A stretch of DNA of 64,000 bases from Gammaproteobacteria bacterium (GTDB taxonomy: Bacteria; Pseudomonadota; Gammaproteobacteria; SZUA-140): NCBI GenBank assembly GCA_015488555.1, contig WFNO01000122.1:12300-76299 (forward strand), written 5' to 3'. This document shows positions 19,882 through 28,715 of this stretch, one piece after another. The notes under the pieces were generated by a model that did no database searches, had not been told where the DNA came from, and was given only the letters and a program-made list of their open reading frames with translations. The stretch's first letter is position 1, and each line of letters opens with the position of its first letter. The position numbers and the translations under genes were made by a program.

Positions 19882-21647
19882 ACCGCCGTCGTTTCGGCCG
19901 GTACGGCCTGCGGCCCGATCTCCGGTGTCTTCTCTCCCTGACCCTGCTGGCCCTCGCCGCCCTGGTCCAGGATCCCACTCGGGAACTGGCGGCGGCCACC
20001 CTCACGGCCGAGGTGGACCGCCGCCAGCTCTACGTCCACGAGCCCCTGCTGTTCACGCTGAGGCTCACCGACAGCGACACGCGCCTGCGGGCCGAAGGGC
20101 TGGACCCCAACGTGGATCTGAGCCGGCTCACCCGCGACTTCGAGCTGGGCGTGCCCCGCAGCAGCCACCGTTACAACATCCATCGCAACCGCGGCCGTTC
20201 CACCTCGGAACTCCAGGTGCTGTTGTTTCCCAAGCGCGAAGGGGAGCTGGAGATTCCCGCCTTCACCGTGGAGGGATTGCACACGGCCCCCATTCCCATC
20301 CGGGTACTGCCCGCTCCCCCAGATCCCGCTCCCGAGGTCTTCGCCCGCAGCGGCGCCACCAAACGTACAGTATGGGTGGGGGAGCGGACCGTGGCCTACC
20401 TGGATCTCTATTACCGGGTGGCGCTGCGCAATGCCCGTCTGGGCGGATCTCTGGACACGGAACCCAAACGCCTGCGCCTGCGCCCGCTGCCGGACGAGGA
20501 ACGCCGCGAGACCCATGCCGGCTTGGAATACCGGGTCACGCGCACGGCCTGGAGCATCACCCCGGTGACCGCGCAACCCATCACCCTCCTGTTCCCGGAC
20601 GTGTGGGTGGAAACGGAAGCCGGGAAAAAGATCCGCCTGCCGTTCACGGACGACCGCCTCGAGGTGCGGCCGCTGCCCCCCGGCATTCCGCCGGACTTGC
20701 TGGTGGGACGCCCGCGCCTGAGCCAGGCCCTCTCCTCCGGCACCGCCACGGTCCACACCCCTCTGACATGGACCATCACCCTGGAAGCGGCGGTGGATCT
20801 GCTGGCCCTGCCCGAAAGCCTGGCGCTGGCCGAGACCCCGGGGATCAAACTCTACAGCAACCGCCCACAGCGACAATGGCGCCCTTCTCCCGACCCGGAA
20901 ACCGGCACGCCCCTGGCCACCGCTCGCTATGACATCACCGTCATTCCCCTGCGCGCAGGCGAGCTGGCCCTGCCAGCTCCCGTCATCCCCTACTTCGACC
21001 CCCAGACCCGGCGCCTGGAACGGGCTACCCTGCCTCCCCTCACGCTAACCGTGGCCGCCCCCTCCACACCCGCCGTGCCGCCAGACGCCGTGGAGGAGGA
21101 AAGGACACCGGATAACCTGGCCCAAGATCGAGACGGGAAAGGAACGGAAGAACGGGGCGGAGACACAACGGAAGACCGGAGAGACGAACTGTGGGCTGGA
21201 TTGGCAGCGCTCTTCGCACTGCTGTGGTTGGCCACCCTGTGGCTGTGGTGGCGGGCGCGCCGACAGCGCCCATCCCATGGAGCCGGCGACCCGACGCCCC
21301 CCTGGAACACCGACCCCCACCCCGCGGGCGATGGATCACCCTATGCGCGGCGCCTGTGCGTCGCCCTCGGTTCCTCCACCCTGGAAACCGGGCTGCAGCG
21401 CTGGGAGGCCCGTCACGGTCCCGATCCCGCTCTACGACGGCTGGTCGCCCAGGTCCAGTCCTTCCATTACGGCCCTCGCAAGGAGGAGATGGATGCAACC
21501 GCCATCGAGGCCGGCTTGCAGGATCTGGAACGCCGGATCCAAAACCGCACGGAAAAAGAGACGAGACATCCTGCCAGCGAAGAAGCGGCATCCGATCCCT
21601 GGCGGCCGGATCATTTCGGCCGCCGAGCATCTCCCCCTAGGGACTGA
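19875..21647 (+). CDS. batD: BatD-family protein
   Basis: Signal peptide, AEVDR, PKREGELEIPAFTV, PLRAGELALP..IPYFDP, C-terminal TM; start ATG 19875. Confidence 0.85.
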   Translation: MVNRRRFGRYGLRPDLRCLLSLTLLALAALVQDPTRELAAATLTAEVDRRQLYVHEPLLFTLRLTDSDTRLRAEGLDPNVDLSRLTRDFELGVPRSSHRYNIHRNRGRSTSELQVLLFPKREGELEIPAFTVEGLHTAPIPIRVLPAPPDPAPEVFARSGATKRTVWVGERTVAYLDLYYRVALRNARLGGSLDTEPKRLRLRPLPDEERRETHAGLEYRVTRTAWSITPVTAQPITLLFPDVWVETEAGKKIRLPFTDDRLEVRPLPPGIPPDLLVGRPRLSQALSSGTATVHTPLTWTITLEAAVDLLALPESLALAETPGIKLYSNRPQRQWRPSPDPETGTPLATARYDITVIPLRAGELALPAPVIPYFDPQTRRLERATLPPLTLTVAAPSTPAVPPDAVEEERTPDNLAQDRDGKGTEERGGDTTEDRRDELWAGLAALFALLWLATLWLWWRARRQRPSHGAGDPTPPWNTDPHPAGDGSPYARRLCVALGSSTLETGLQRWEARHGPDPALRRLVAQVQSFHYGPRKEEMDATAIEAGLQDLERRIQNRTEKETRHPASEEAASDPWRPDHFGRRASPPRD

Positions 21648-21693
21648 GGAAAGGCCACCTCAGCAGGTATTCACGCGAAAACGGCAAAGCGGT

Positions 21694-22437
21694 TCAGCCG
21701 TCCAAATCTTCGTCACGGGCCTTTTTCCCCCGGCCGGAAGAGGAAGACGAAGAGGGCGGACGGTCTGCCTGCCTTGGATTGGGCCTGGGATTGGCCGTTG
21801 ACAGGGGTTTATCCACGAAACCGTGTTCCACGGCATAGCAGATGAGTTCAGCAAAGTTTTTCATGCCCATCTTCTCGAGAATGCGGTTGCGATGGGTGCT
21901 GATGGTCTTCTCGCTCAAGGACAGGCGCTTGCTGATCTCGGCGTTGCGCAGTCCGGAAGCCAACAAGCAAAAGATCTGAAATTCCCGGTCGCTGAGTCGC
22001 TCGTGCGGGGCCAGTTCCTCTTCCTCCTGGAAACTGCGCGCCAGTTTTTGAGCCACGGAGAGGGTGATATATTTCTCACCGCGCCCCACCTGTTGCAAGG
22101 CCTGCAGCAATTCTTCGGTCTTGCACCCCTTGGTAAGATAGCCTGCGGCGCCTGCCTTCAAGGCGCGCAGGGCATACTGGTCCTCGCTGTGCATGCTCAG
22201 CACCAGCACCGCCACCTCAGGCCAACGGCGCTTGATCTCCTGCAACACTTCCAGACCGTTCATGCCAGGCAAGGTGAGATCCAATAACACCACGTCCCAG
22301 TGGTTCCGTTCCAGACTGCGCAGGACTTCGGGACCGCTGGCGGCTTCACCCACAACCTCGAATGTGGAATAATCGGTGAGGATTTGGCGCAGACCGGTAC
22401 GCACGATGGCATGATCGTCTGCAATGAGAATATTCAT
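21694..22437 (-). CDS. NarL/UvrY(GacA)-family response regulator, no adjacent kinase
   Basis: ILIADDHAIVR, phosphoacceptor LLDL, GYLTK, LuxR HTH LSDREFQI...SEKTISTHR. Confidence 0.95.
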   Translation of the reverse strand: MNILIADDHAIVRTGLRQILTDYSTFEVVGEAASGPEVLRSLERNHWDVVLLDLTLPGMNGLEVLQEIKRRWPEVAVLVLSMHSEDQYALRALKAGAAGYLTKGCKTEELLQALQQVGRGEKYITLSVAQKLARSFQEEEELAPHERLSDREFQIFCLLASGLRNAEISKRLSLSEKTISTHRNRILEKMGMKNFAELICYAVEHGFVDKPLSTANPRPNPRQADRPPSSSSSSGRGKKARDEDLDG

Positions 22438-22583
22438 CGGCGCACCGACCTCGCACTCTTTCCGTAGTTGGACAATCTCCCTTTCCCTTGCGGAACGTCG
22501 CCAGCAGGATGCGGGGAATCACAAGGGAATTGAGCAGTGTAGCCTAGCTTTCCGGAAAGAGATATCGGATTTTGGCCAATAGT

Positions 22584-22601
22584 TGTAGGCGAAATCCTAC
22601 T
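22584..22601. promoter_or_regulatory. Palindromic candidate operator TGTAGG-N6-CCTACT upstream of the response regulator
   Basis: GTAGG/CCTAC inverted repeat with a 6-nt spacer; resembles the GacA box TGTAAG-N6-CTTACA. Confidence 0.45.
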
Positions 22602-22662
22602 TTATATTCTGCTGCCACCGCCCTTTCTCGTTCCTGGCCTCACCTCCTTTCTCGGGCTTCCG

Positions 22663-23370
22663 TCAGGGTCGAGGTGAGACTTTTCCGTTTGGTGTCGCCT
22701 CGACCGCAGCCCTGAGTAGCAGAAAATCCAGCACCGCCATCATCTCACCCACATTGCGCACCATGCCAGGATCCACGCGATAGCGCCCCTCTACAATGAT
22801 GGTGGGCGCCCCTCGGATCCCGTAGCGTCGACTCATGATGCGGGCTTGGCGCACTTTGCGGGCGGTGAACGAACTGCGCATAGCGGTACGAAAGGCTTGG
22901 GGATCAACGCCCTGTTCAATGAGAAAATCGGCCAGGGCTTGCTCGTCGTCCAGGCGCCGATGTTGGCGGTGAATGGCGGTATAGAGGTCGTCGTGTATGT
23001 CATCCAGCACTCCCAGGGCCTGAGCTGCATAGAAAACCTGGGCAAAGAAAGTCATATCCTCGTTGGTGATAGCAGGCATACGCCGGTAATGGATGACTGC
23101 CTGATTGCGCTCCCGCCATCGCCGCAGTTGAGGCTGGATGGCCAAACAGGTGCGGCATCCGAACCAGAGCAATTCCACCACTTCCACGCGTTCTCCTCCG
23201 CGAGTGGGCTGAGGAGGGGTCACCAGCTGATAGTGCACCCCAGCCATAAAGCCACTTTGGGATCCACTGCGAAGATCGCCGGTCGCAGCGGCGCCCGTCT
23301 GCGACCACAGCAAGAGGAAGAAAGTCAGGAGCAGGAGGTTTCCGCCGGACGGGGTCAAACTTCCTTGCAT
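22663..23370 (-). CDS. dsbA: Thiol:disulfide oxidase, DsbA family
   Basis: Signal peptide, GVHY, VEVVELLWFGCRTC, GIRGAPTIIVEGRY. Confidence 0.88.
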   Translation of the reverse strand: MQGSLTPSGGNLLLLTFFLLLWSQTGAAATGDLRSGSQSGFMAGVHYQLVTPPQPTRGGERVEVVELLWFGCRTCLAIQPQLRRWRERNQAVIHYRRMPAITNEDMTFFAQVFYAAQALGVLDDIHDDLYTAIHRQHRRLDDEQALADFLIEQGVDPQAFRTAMRSSFTARKVRQARIMSRRYGIRGAPTIIVEGRYRVDPGMVRNVGEMMAVLDFLLLRAAVEATPNGKVSPRP

Positions 23371-23417
23371 GCCCCCCCTCCCCTGTCTCGTACCGTCACC
23401 ACAGCGGCCGGGGCAGT

Positions 23418-24131
23418 CTAGTGCAGTGATTGAACAGGCAGTTCCCGCTGGTCGGCAGCCGGAGCATCACGTGAGGGACTGTTACGCTCTTCCCAACGCT
23501 GTCCCTGTTCCGCCAGCCATTGTGCCTCTTCCGGTGGCCGCGGACCACGTTGTAGGCGATCCTCCCATTCCCATAGCGCGGCTCGAGCCCGCCGCACGTA
23601 GGGATCCCCGGGTGGTGCCAGATGGATGTAGGTGCGCATGGCCCCCAAGGCAGCCGGCAGATCGCCCTGGGCCTCGAACACCTCTGCCAGCCCCCAATAG
23701 GCATTACCCTTGTAAGGATCCAACTCGATGGCGTTGCGAAAAAAGGCTTCCGCCTCCTGGTAGCGCTGCAGGCCAAGCAATGCAAAGCCCATGTTGACAT
23801 GCGCATCGGTGAGCCGGGGCGAGAGGGCCAACACGCGGTGCAATGCAGTGGCGGCATATTCATAACGACCCGCGTGCAACATCATTACTGCCTGCTGAAA
23901 ACGCAGACGAATCTCGGCCATGCGCGGATCTTGGATCTCGTCGGCATCCATACCGCCTTCCAGCCTGCTCTCGGCGTTGACCTCCTGCCAGAGACCTTCG
24001 GGCATACGGCTGGACCACAAGGGGCTGTAATCCAACTTCATAGCCCCCGCAAGCATGCCAGTAGCCACGAGCATGACGGTCACCATGACCAAAGACAGGG
24101 CCGCCACGGTACGCTCGGGTAGCGCACTCAT
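23418..24131 (-). CDS. Membrane-anchored/exported TPR protein
   Basis: N-terminal hydrophobic helix; TPRs (AHVNMGFALL, AYWGLAEV). Confidence 0.85.
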   Translation of the reverse strand: MSALPERTVAALSLVMVTVMLVATGMLAGAMKLDYSPLWSSRMPEGLWQEVNAESRLEGGMDADEIQDPRMAEIRLRFQQAVMMLHAGRYEYAATALHRVLALSPRLTDAHVNMGFALLGLQRYQEAEAFFRNAIELDPYKGNAYWGLAEVFEAQGDLPAALGAMRTYIHLAPPGDPYVRRARAALWEWEDRLQRGPRPPEEAQWLAEQGQRWEERNSPSRDAPAADQRELPVQSLH

Positions 24132-25000
24132 CAGATCACCCCCTTGTGGGCTGCCTCACTGTAGAAAGGCGTGCCGAAATAAGTCAAAAAAGCAAAGACG
24201 AAGATGCCGATAATGGCCAACGCTCCCACGTGTATTGGAATGCGATAGCTGAGGCGGGCATGCAAGGCCGCCCCCAGGAACAACCAGTTGAGAAAGGATG
24301 AGGTCTCCAGTGCATCCCAGGCCCAGTAGCGGCCCCAGGCGTCCTGAGCCCATACGGCACCCGCGATGAGCATCAAACTGTCGAAGATAAGCGCCAACAA
24401 CATGAAACGCCAAGCCATATGGTCCAGCACCTTGTCCGGTGGCAAGTGACGGAAGAAAGGCGCCACCCTGGGAATACGCCTCAAGAGAATGACACCGGCC
24501 AACCCCGAGCCTATCAGGCAAAAGGCCAGAAAGAATTTGCCGAACCCCACGTGCGCCCAAAGCCATTCGTTGTAGTAGGTAGGGGGATAGTGACTGTCCG
24601 AAGGCTCCAAGAGTAACACCCAGGTGCCCAGCACCCAGAGCATGGGCAACACCACCACCGCCGTAGGACGCAGCACCGGCAGACGCCAGTAGGCGACAGC
24701 ATATATCAATCCCAGGCTGAACAACTGACTGATAAGCAATTCGAAGAGGTTGACGAAGGGTCCATGACCGAGGCGTAACCAGCGCTCTGCCAGGGACGCA
24801 GTAAGCAAGATCACCCCACCGGTAAGTAGGGCCAGGACCAAGGACTCGTGGCTGCGGTTCACGGCTGCCCCAGCATCCCCCCCGCGGGTGCGAACGAGGC
24901 CGTAGAAAGCAGACAAGGTCGCCAGTGCATAGGCCACCAGTCCCGTATAGAGCCAGGGAAGTTCAGTAAAAACCGTTGCTTCGCTCATTTCGTTCATCAT
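24131..25000 (-). CDS. ccsA: System II cytochrome c synthase CcsA/ResC
   Basis: GHGPFVNLFE, WLWAHV, WWD motif GAVWAQDAWGRYWAWDALET, ALHAR; ATG 25000 overlaps the resB stop. Confidence 0.92.
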   Translation of the reverse strand: MMNEMSEATVFTELPWLYTGLVAYALATLSAFYGLVRTRGGDAGAAVNRSHESLVLALLTGGVILLTASLAERWLRLGHGPFVNLFELLISQLFSLGLIYAVAYWRLPVLRPTAVVVLPMLWVLGTWVLLLEPSDSHYPPTYYNEWLWAHVGFGKFFLAFCLIGSGLAGVILLRRIPRVAPFFRHLPPDKVLDHMAWRFMLLALIFDSLMLIAGAVWAQDAWGRYWAWDALETSSFLNWLFLGAALHARLSYRIPIHVGALAIIGIFVFAFLTYFGTPFYSEAAHKGVI

Positions 25001-26034
25001 AGCTTGCCTCCGCCCCATGGTGCCGTTTCCAGTTCCGGTTCCGCGCCCTTGCGTGAGACTTCCCCGGCCTGGGGCCAGGGATGAGTGGCAAACTTGTTCC
25101 AGAAATAGGCCGCCAAACCCAGCACCCCAATGACGGCCGTGAGGAACAGCCACTGGAGAGTGGGGTCGTAGAACAGTTTGTACCCCATCCAACTGCTCAA
25201 GCCCTCGTAACGCAGCACGCCACCTGGTAGAGCCGTTGCCTGCCCCGGTAGCAATTCCTCTCGCTGTTCTCCACTGCGTAACACCAATATTCCGTGTGCC
25301 TTGCTTGGATCCAGGGTCCAAGCTTGATCCGCCTTGAGACCGGTCTCCAATTGCAACCAGAACTTGACCTCCTCCCCACCGGGAGGAGTCCACCGATTGG
25401 CCTGGCGAAAGTCGAACAGGGGATAGGAAGGCATGTGGATGGTGCCGGTCACCGGCTCTCCAGTTTCCGGGATCCAGGTAAGCACCGCAGCAAAACCTTT
25501 ATTGAATGTGGTATAAAAACGATAGCCCTCCAGTACTAGAGGTGTGTCGTCCCCCACCACGCGTCGTTCCCATCCACCCTGACCGTCAGGCACCAGCACG
25601 TGACTACGGGTGGGTCCGCGCATCATGCCTGGTCCATAATCCACCGTGAAAGGCCCCTGCACGAAGACCACCTTCTCCAACTCGCCACGATGCCAGGGGC
25701 CTTTGCGCACGTTCATGAGTTCGGCCGGATCGAAAGTACTGCCTTCCACCATCTCGATATGCGCCTCCATGTGGGTGAGGCGACCAATGGCAGCCAATAT
25801 CACAATTCCCAACAAGGAAAGATGAAAGATCAAGAGTCCAGGACGGCGGTTGATCCGGGCATTGCTCATCACCGCCGCCAGCAGATTGACGGCCAGCAAG
25901 GCCATGGGAGCCACCAACGCCCAGACGGGGGTATCCACGGGATTGTCGTAGCTGAGGGCGGCCCCCACGGCCAGCAGGGCCATGCCCAGCAAGGTGAAAC
26001 GGGTGGAGGAAAGGCGCCTCAACAAAGCGGTCAT
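24997..26034 (-). CDS. resB: System II cytochrome c biogenesis protein ResB/CcsB-like
   Basis: Three N-terminal TMs with His (LIFHLSLL), large periplasmic domain, YDP plus C-terminal TM; coupled to ccsA. Confidence 0.8.
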   Translation of the reverse strand: MTALLRRLSSTRFTLLGMALLAVGAALSYDNPVDTPVWALVAPMALLAVNLLAAVMSNARINRRPGLLIFHLSLLGIVILAAIGRLTHMEAHIEMVEGSTFDPAELMNVRKGPWHRGELEKVVFVQGPFTVDYGPGMMRGPTRSHVLVPDGQGGWERRVVGDDTPLVLEGYRFYTTFNKGFAAVLTWIPETGEPVTGTIHMPSYPLFDFRQANRWTPPGGEEVKFWLQLETGLKADQAWTLDPSKAHGILVLRSGEQREELLPGQATALPGGVLRYEGLSSWMGYKLFYDPTLQWLFLTAVIGVLGLAAYFWNKFATHPWPQAGEVSRKGAEPELETAPWGGGKL

Positions 26035-28715
26035 GGTGGATTCACACAGGCTTCGGAACTACCCAACATCCAGGTGGCACCATTGAAACCATTGCCGGGT
26101 GCCCCAGCCGAACCGCAATTGGCCTGGGTCCATTCCCCGCTGCGGGCGAACTTGCGCACCTTGAGCACAGCACCGTTGTAATACGGACCATTGTAATAAC
26201 GCGCAGTGGTGTGATTGCGCACTTGCCGGCTGCTGGCATCCCCTGCTCCGGCTGGTTCACCAGCGAGCAGCGGCGCTTCCAACCCCACGTCGTTGAGATT
26301 GGCCAGGAACACTTTGTTCTTCCACCCATGGGGAATGGCGATGTGACAGAAGGTACAGCTGAAATCAGTCACCCTGCCGGCATGCCCCACGTGCAGATTG
26401 ATGTTCCTAAAATCAAGGCAGCCGACATTCACTCCAATGTTGGTGCTGAACCCGCTACTCAGCACAGAGGCATCAGGAAACGAGGCATCACCACGGCCAT
26501 ATTGATCGTATTCGTGGCATTTGAAACAGAGATGATTGAACGGTCCCGGGGGACGCGCCTCACCAGTCTTGTCGTCCCAGTCGCCCTTGAGCAAGAAGTT
26601 GTGGTCAGAACCGTGTGGCCCCCAGGGGTAACCGTTCTCGTCATTGGGCACCACTGTCTCCGGCGCGGTGGATGAGCCGTGACAGTCGGTACAATACATG
26701 GTCTGAGTACCCACCGCGACATTGAAGGGCGAAAGCCAGTCATCGGCATTCGCCTTGCGCACCTGGGGCGTGCGCCCGGTGGGTTTGACCACTGGATGCC
26801 AGGAGCGGTGATTGTCCGTCACCCAGTTCACACAATTGCCGTCCTTGTCCCGATAGGCCGGTACCGTACCGCCCGTCTCCACCGTGGAATCCGGCTCATT
26901 GGGATCGATGAGCATGGTACATTCGCCCACGCTGCCAGCGAAAGCTCCCGTCGGCGTAACAGGCGTGCCTTCTCCCATGTGGTCGTCGGGCGACTGGAAT
27001 TCCATGGCCTGGTTGGTGTACTGGAAGAGGGCGTTGGTACCTGGCGGCGTACCACCCACAAAGGAACCCAGCATGGGCGGTTGATCATAGGTGTAGTTGG
27101 AATGGCACTTGAAACAGAGTTGGTACTCGCGGGTGAGATAGGGTGCGCTGACATCGGTGCTGCCGCCCGTACCGGGATCGCCGCGTTTCACCTCGAAAGT
27201 CACCGGCTCGCTGCCGAATTCGGTGGAACCGTAGACAGGCTCCACGCCCCAGATGCCCCGCAATACCCCGGAAGCCAGATTGGTATGCGGCACGCCATCT
27301 TCGTGCAGATGGGTACCGGCGGGATCGGGCACGGTACTGTCCGCGTTGAACAGGCGGTTACGCGTCACCCGATGGGGATTGTGGCAATCGGTGCACTCGA
27401 CATGGCGATTGTTGAGATTGCCCTTACCCAAGTTCTCCGGCGCCTCGATGAAATCCTGCCCCCGCCGGTCTCCTTGGGTTGCCGTGCTGCCCGTACCGAT
27501 GCTGTGCACCTCGGTACCTGCGGGCTGATCCGAGCTGGCGATTGGCATTCGCCGCGCCATGGTGGTGAAATCGGTCTTAATGTCCGGCACCTCGAAAGAG
27601 AAATTAGTACTGGGATTGACCTGCCCCTGCAGTGTGTTGCCGTCGGCGGAATGGCAGGCATAACATACTTCTTCCACCGCTGGATTGCCGCCCTGTTTAT
27701 AGCGGGCGCCGTCCGCCGTGGTGAACACGGGGCCATCGGTACCCTCTCTGAGTAAGCGCCTTGCTCCCTGAACTGTGTGGGGATCGTGGCAGTTGAGACA
27801 AGCAGCCTGCCAAACGCGCAGATCACGGGGAAATTCGCGGAGATCGGCAGCGGCATCCGTATAACGTTCGTCGGCCACGGCGGGATGGGCGTGCGCCGAC
27901 CCCACCCAGCCGTCTTTATCGTGACAGGCCAGACAAATGATGTCGTTGTCACGATCGAAACGCCCATCCACCGGCTCTTGTTTCTGGAAGCGGTTGACGC
28001 GCAGGAACTTGATGTTCTCTCCGGGCACATCGGAACGCAGGTGCGGATCATGACATGTGATACATTCCACCTTGCCATCCTCCAAAGGCAGATAATCTCC
28101 CTGCGGAGCGGCCGGCGGGCTGCCACGGGTGCGCTCGTTGATGTGGGCCACCACTGCCGGATCGAACAATTCTCCATCCCGAGCCGCCTGACTGCTGTCA
28201 TAGGTAAAAGAAATAGGATGGTCGTTGCTCAGATCCACTCCCAGGCGACGCGTAAAGCCAGTGGTTTCCCCCAACCCTTCGGGAATGGTGCCATCGGCCT
28301 TGGTGCCGGTGAAGGGAATGTTGGGATTCTCGATACGATTGAGCACGTTGACCGCGCCCAGGGCAATGGTGCCGTCATGACAGGACAGGCACAGTTTGGA
28401 TTTTCCGCCTGGCTGCCCCAGATCCGTGGCATCCAGCGATGTAGAACTGAAGGGAATATAGGTGGCGGAAGACAGCTGGCGGTTCCACAGGGGTGCCGCC
28501 TGTTCCGGTGTGGCACCGTGGGGAGTGTGGCAAAAGGCACAGATCTGGGATTCACTGCTGGCGTGGGCCTGGCGTTCAACCCCTTGAGGAACGACGGTGG
28601 CGGAGAAATTGTGCTTGGTATTGCTGATGTCGGAGATGATGTCCGCCCAGACCACCCCAGGCCACGGCAACAACATCCACACTAAGCCCACCGCCAACAC
28701 CCACGGACGCTTCAT
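26031..28715 (-). CDS. Undecaheme c-type cytochrome (UetJ-like) with an N-terminal OmcE-like tetraheme module
   Basis: Signal peptide; 11 CXXCH: CAFCH, CLSCH, CITCH, CLACH, CLNCH, CYACH, CTDCH, CFKCH, CTDCH, CFKCH, CTFCH; start ATG 28715 (MKRPW). Confidence 0.95.
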   Translation of the reverse strand: MKRPWVLAVGLVWMLLPWPGVVWADIISDISNTKHNFSATVVPQGVERQAHASSESQICAFCHTPHGATPEQAAPLWNRQLSSATYIPFSSTSLDATDLGQPGGKSKLCLSCHDGTIALGAVNVLNRIENPNIPFTGTKADGTIPEGLGETTGFTRRLGVDLSNDHPISFTYDSSQAARDGELFDPAVVAHINERTRGSPPAAPQGDYLPLEDGKVECITCHDPHLRSDVPGENIKFLRVNRFQKQEPVDGRFDRDNDIICLACHDKDGWVGSAHAHPAVADERYTDAAADLREFPRDLRVWQAACLNCHDPHTVQGARRLLREGTDGPVFTTADGARYKQGGNPAVEEVCYACHSADGNTLQGQVNPSTNFSFEVPDIKTDFTTMARRMPIASSDQPAGTEVHSIGTGSTATQGDRRGQDFIEAPENLGKGNLNNRHVECTDCHNPHRVTRNRLFNADSTVPDPAGTHLHEDGVPHTNLASGVLRGIWGVEPVYGSTEFGSEPVTFEVKRGDPGTGGSTDVSAPYLTREYQLCFKCHSNYTYDQPPMLGSFVGGTPPGTNALFQYTNQAMEFQSPDDHMGEGTPVTPTGAFAGSVGECTMLIDPNEPDSTVETGGTVPAYRDKDGNCVNWVTDNHRSWHPVVKPTGRTPQVRKANADDWLSPFNVAVGTQTMYCTDCHGSSTAPETVVPNDENGYPWGPHGSDHNFLLKGDWDDKTGEARPPGPFNHLCFKCHEYDQYGRGDASFPDASVLSSGFSTNIGVNVGCLDFRNINLHVGHAGRVTDFSCTFCHIAIPHGWKNKVFLANLNDVGLEAPLLAGEPAGAGDASSRQVRNHTTARYYNGPYYNGAVLKVRKFARSGEWTQANCGSAGAPGNGFNGATWMLGSSEACVNPP

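Noticed and set aside
19445..20932. Long overlapping ORFs (495 aa plus strand, 459 aa minus strand) in the bat region
   Set aside because: GC-rich alternative frames with Arg/Pro/Gly-biased composition that overlap the real VWA and BatD genes
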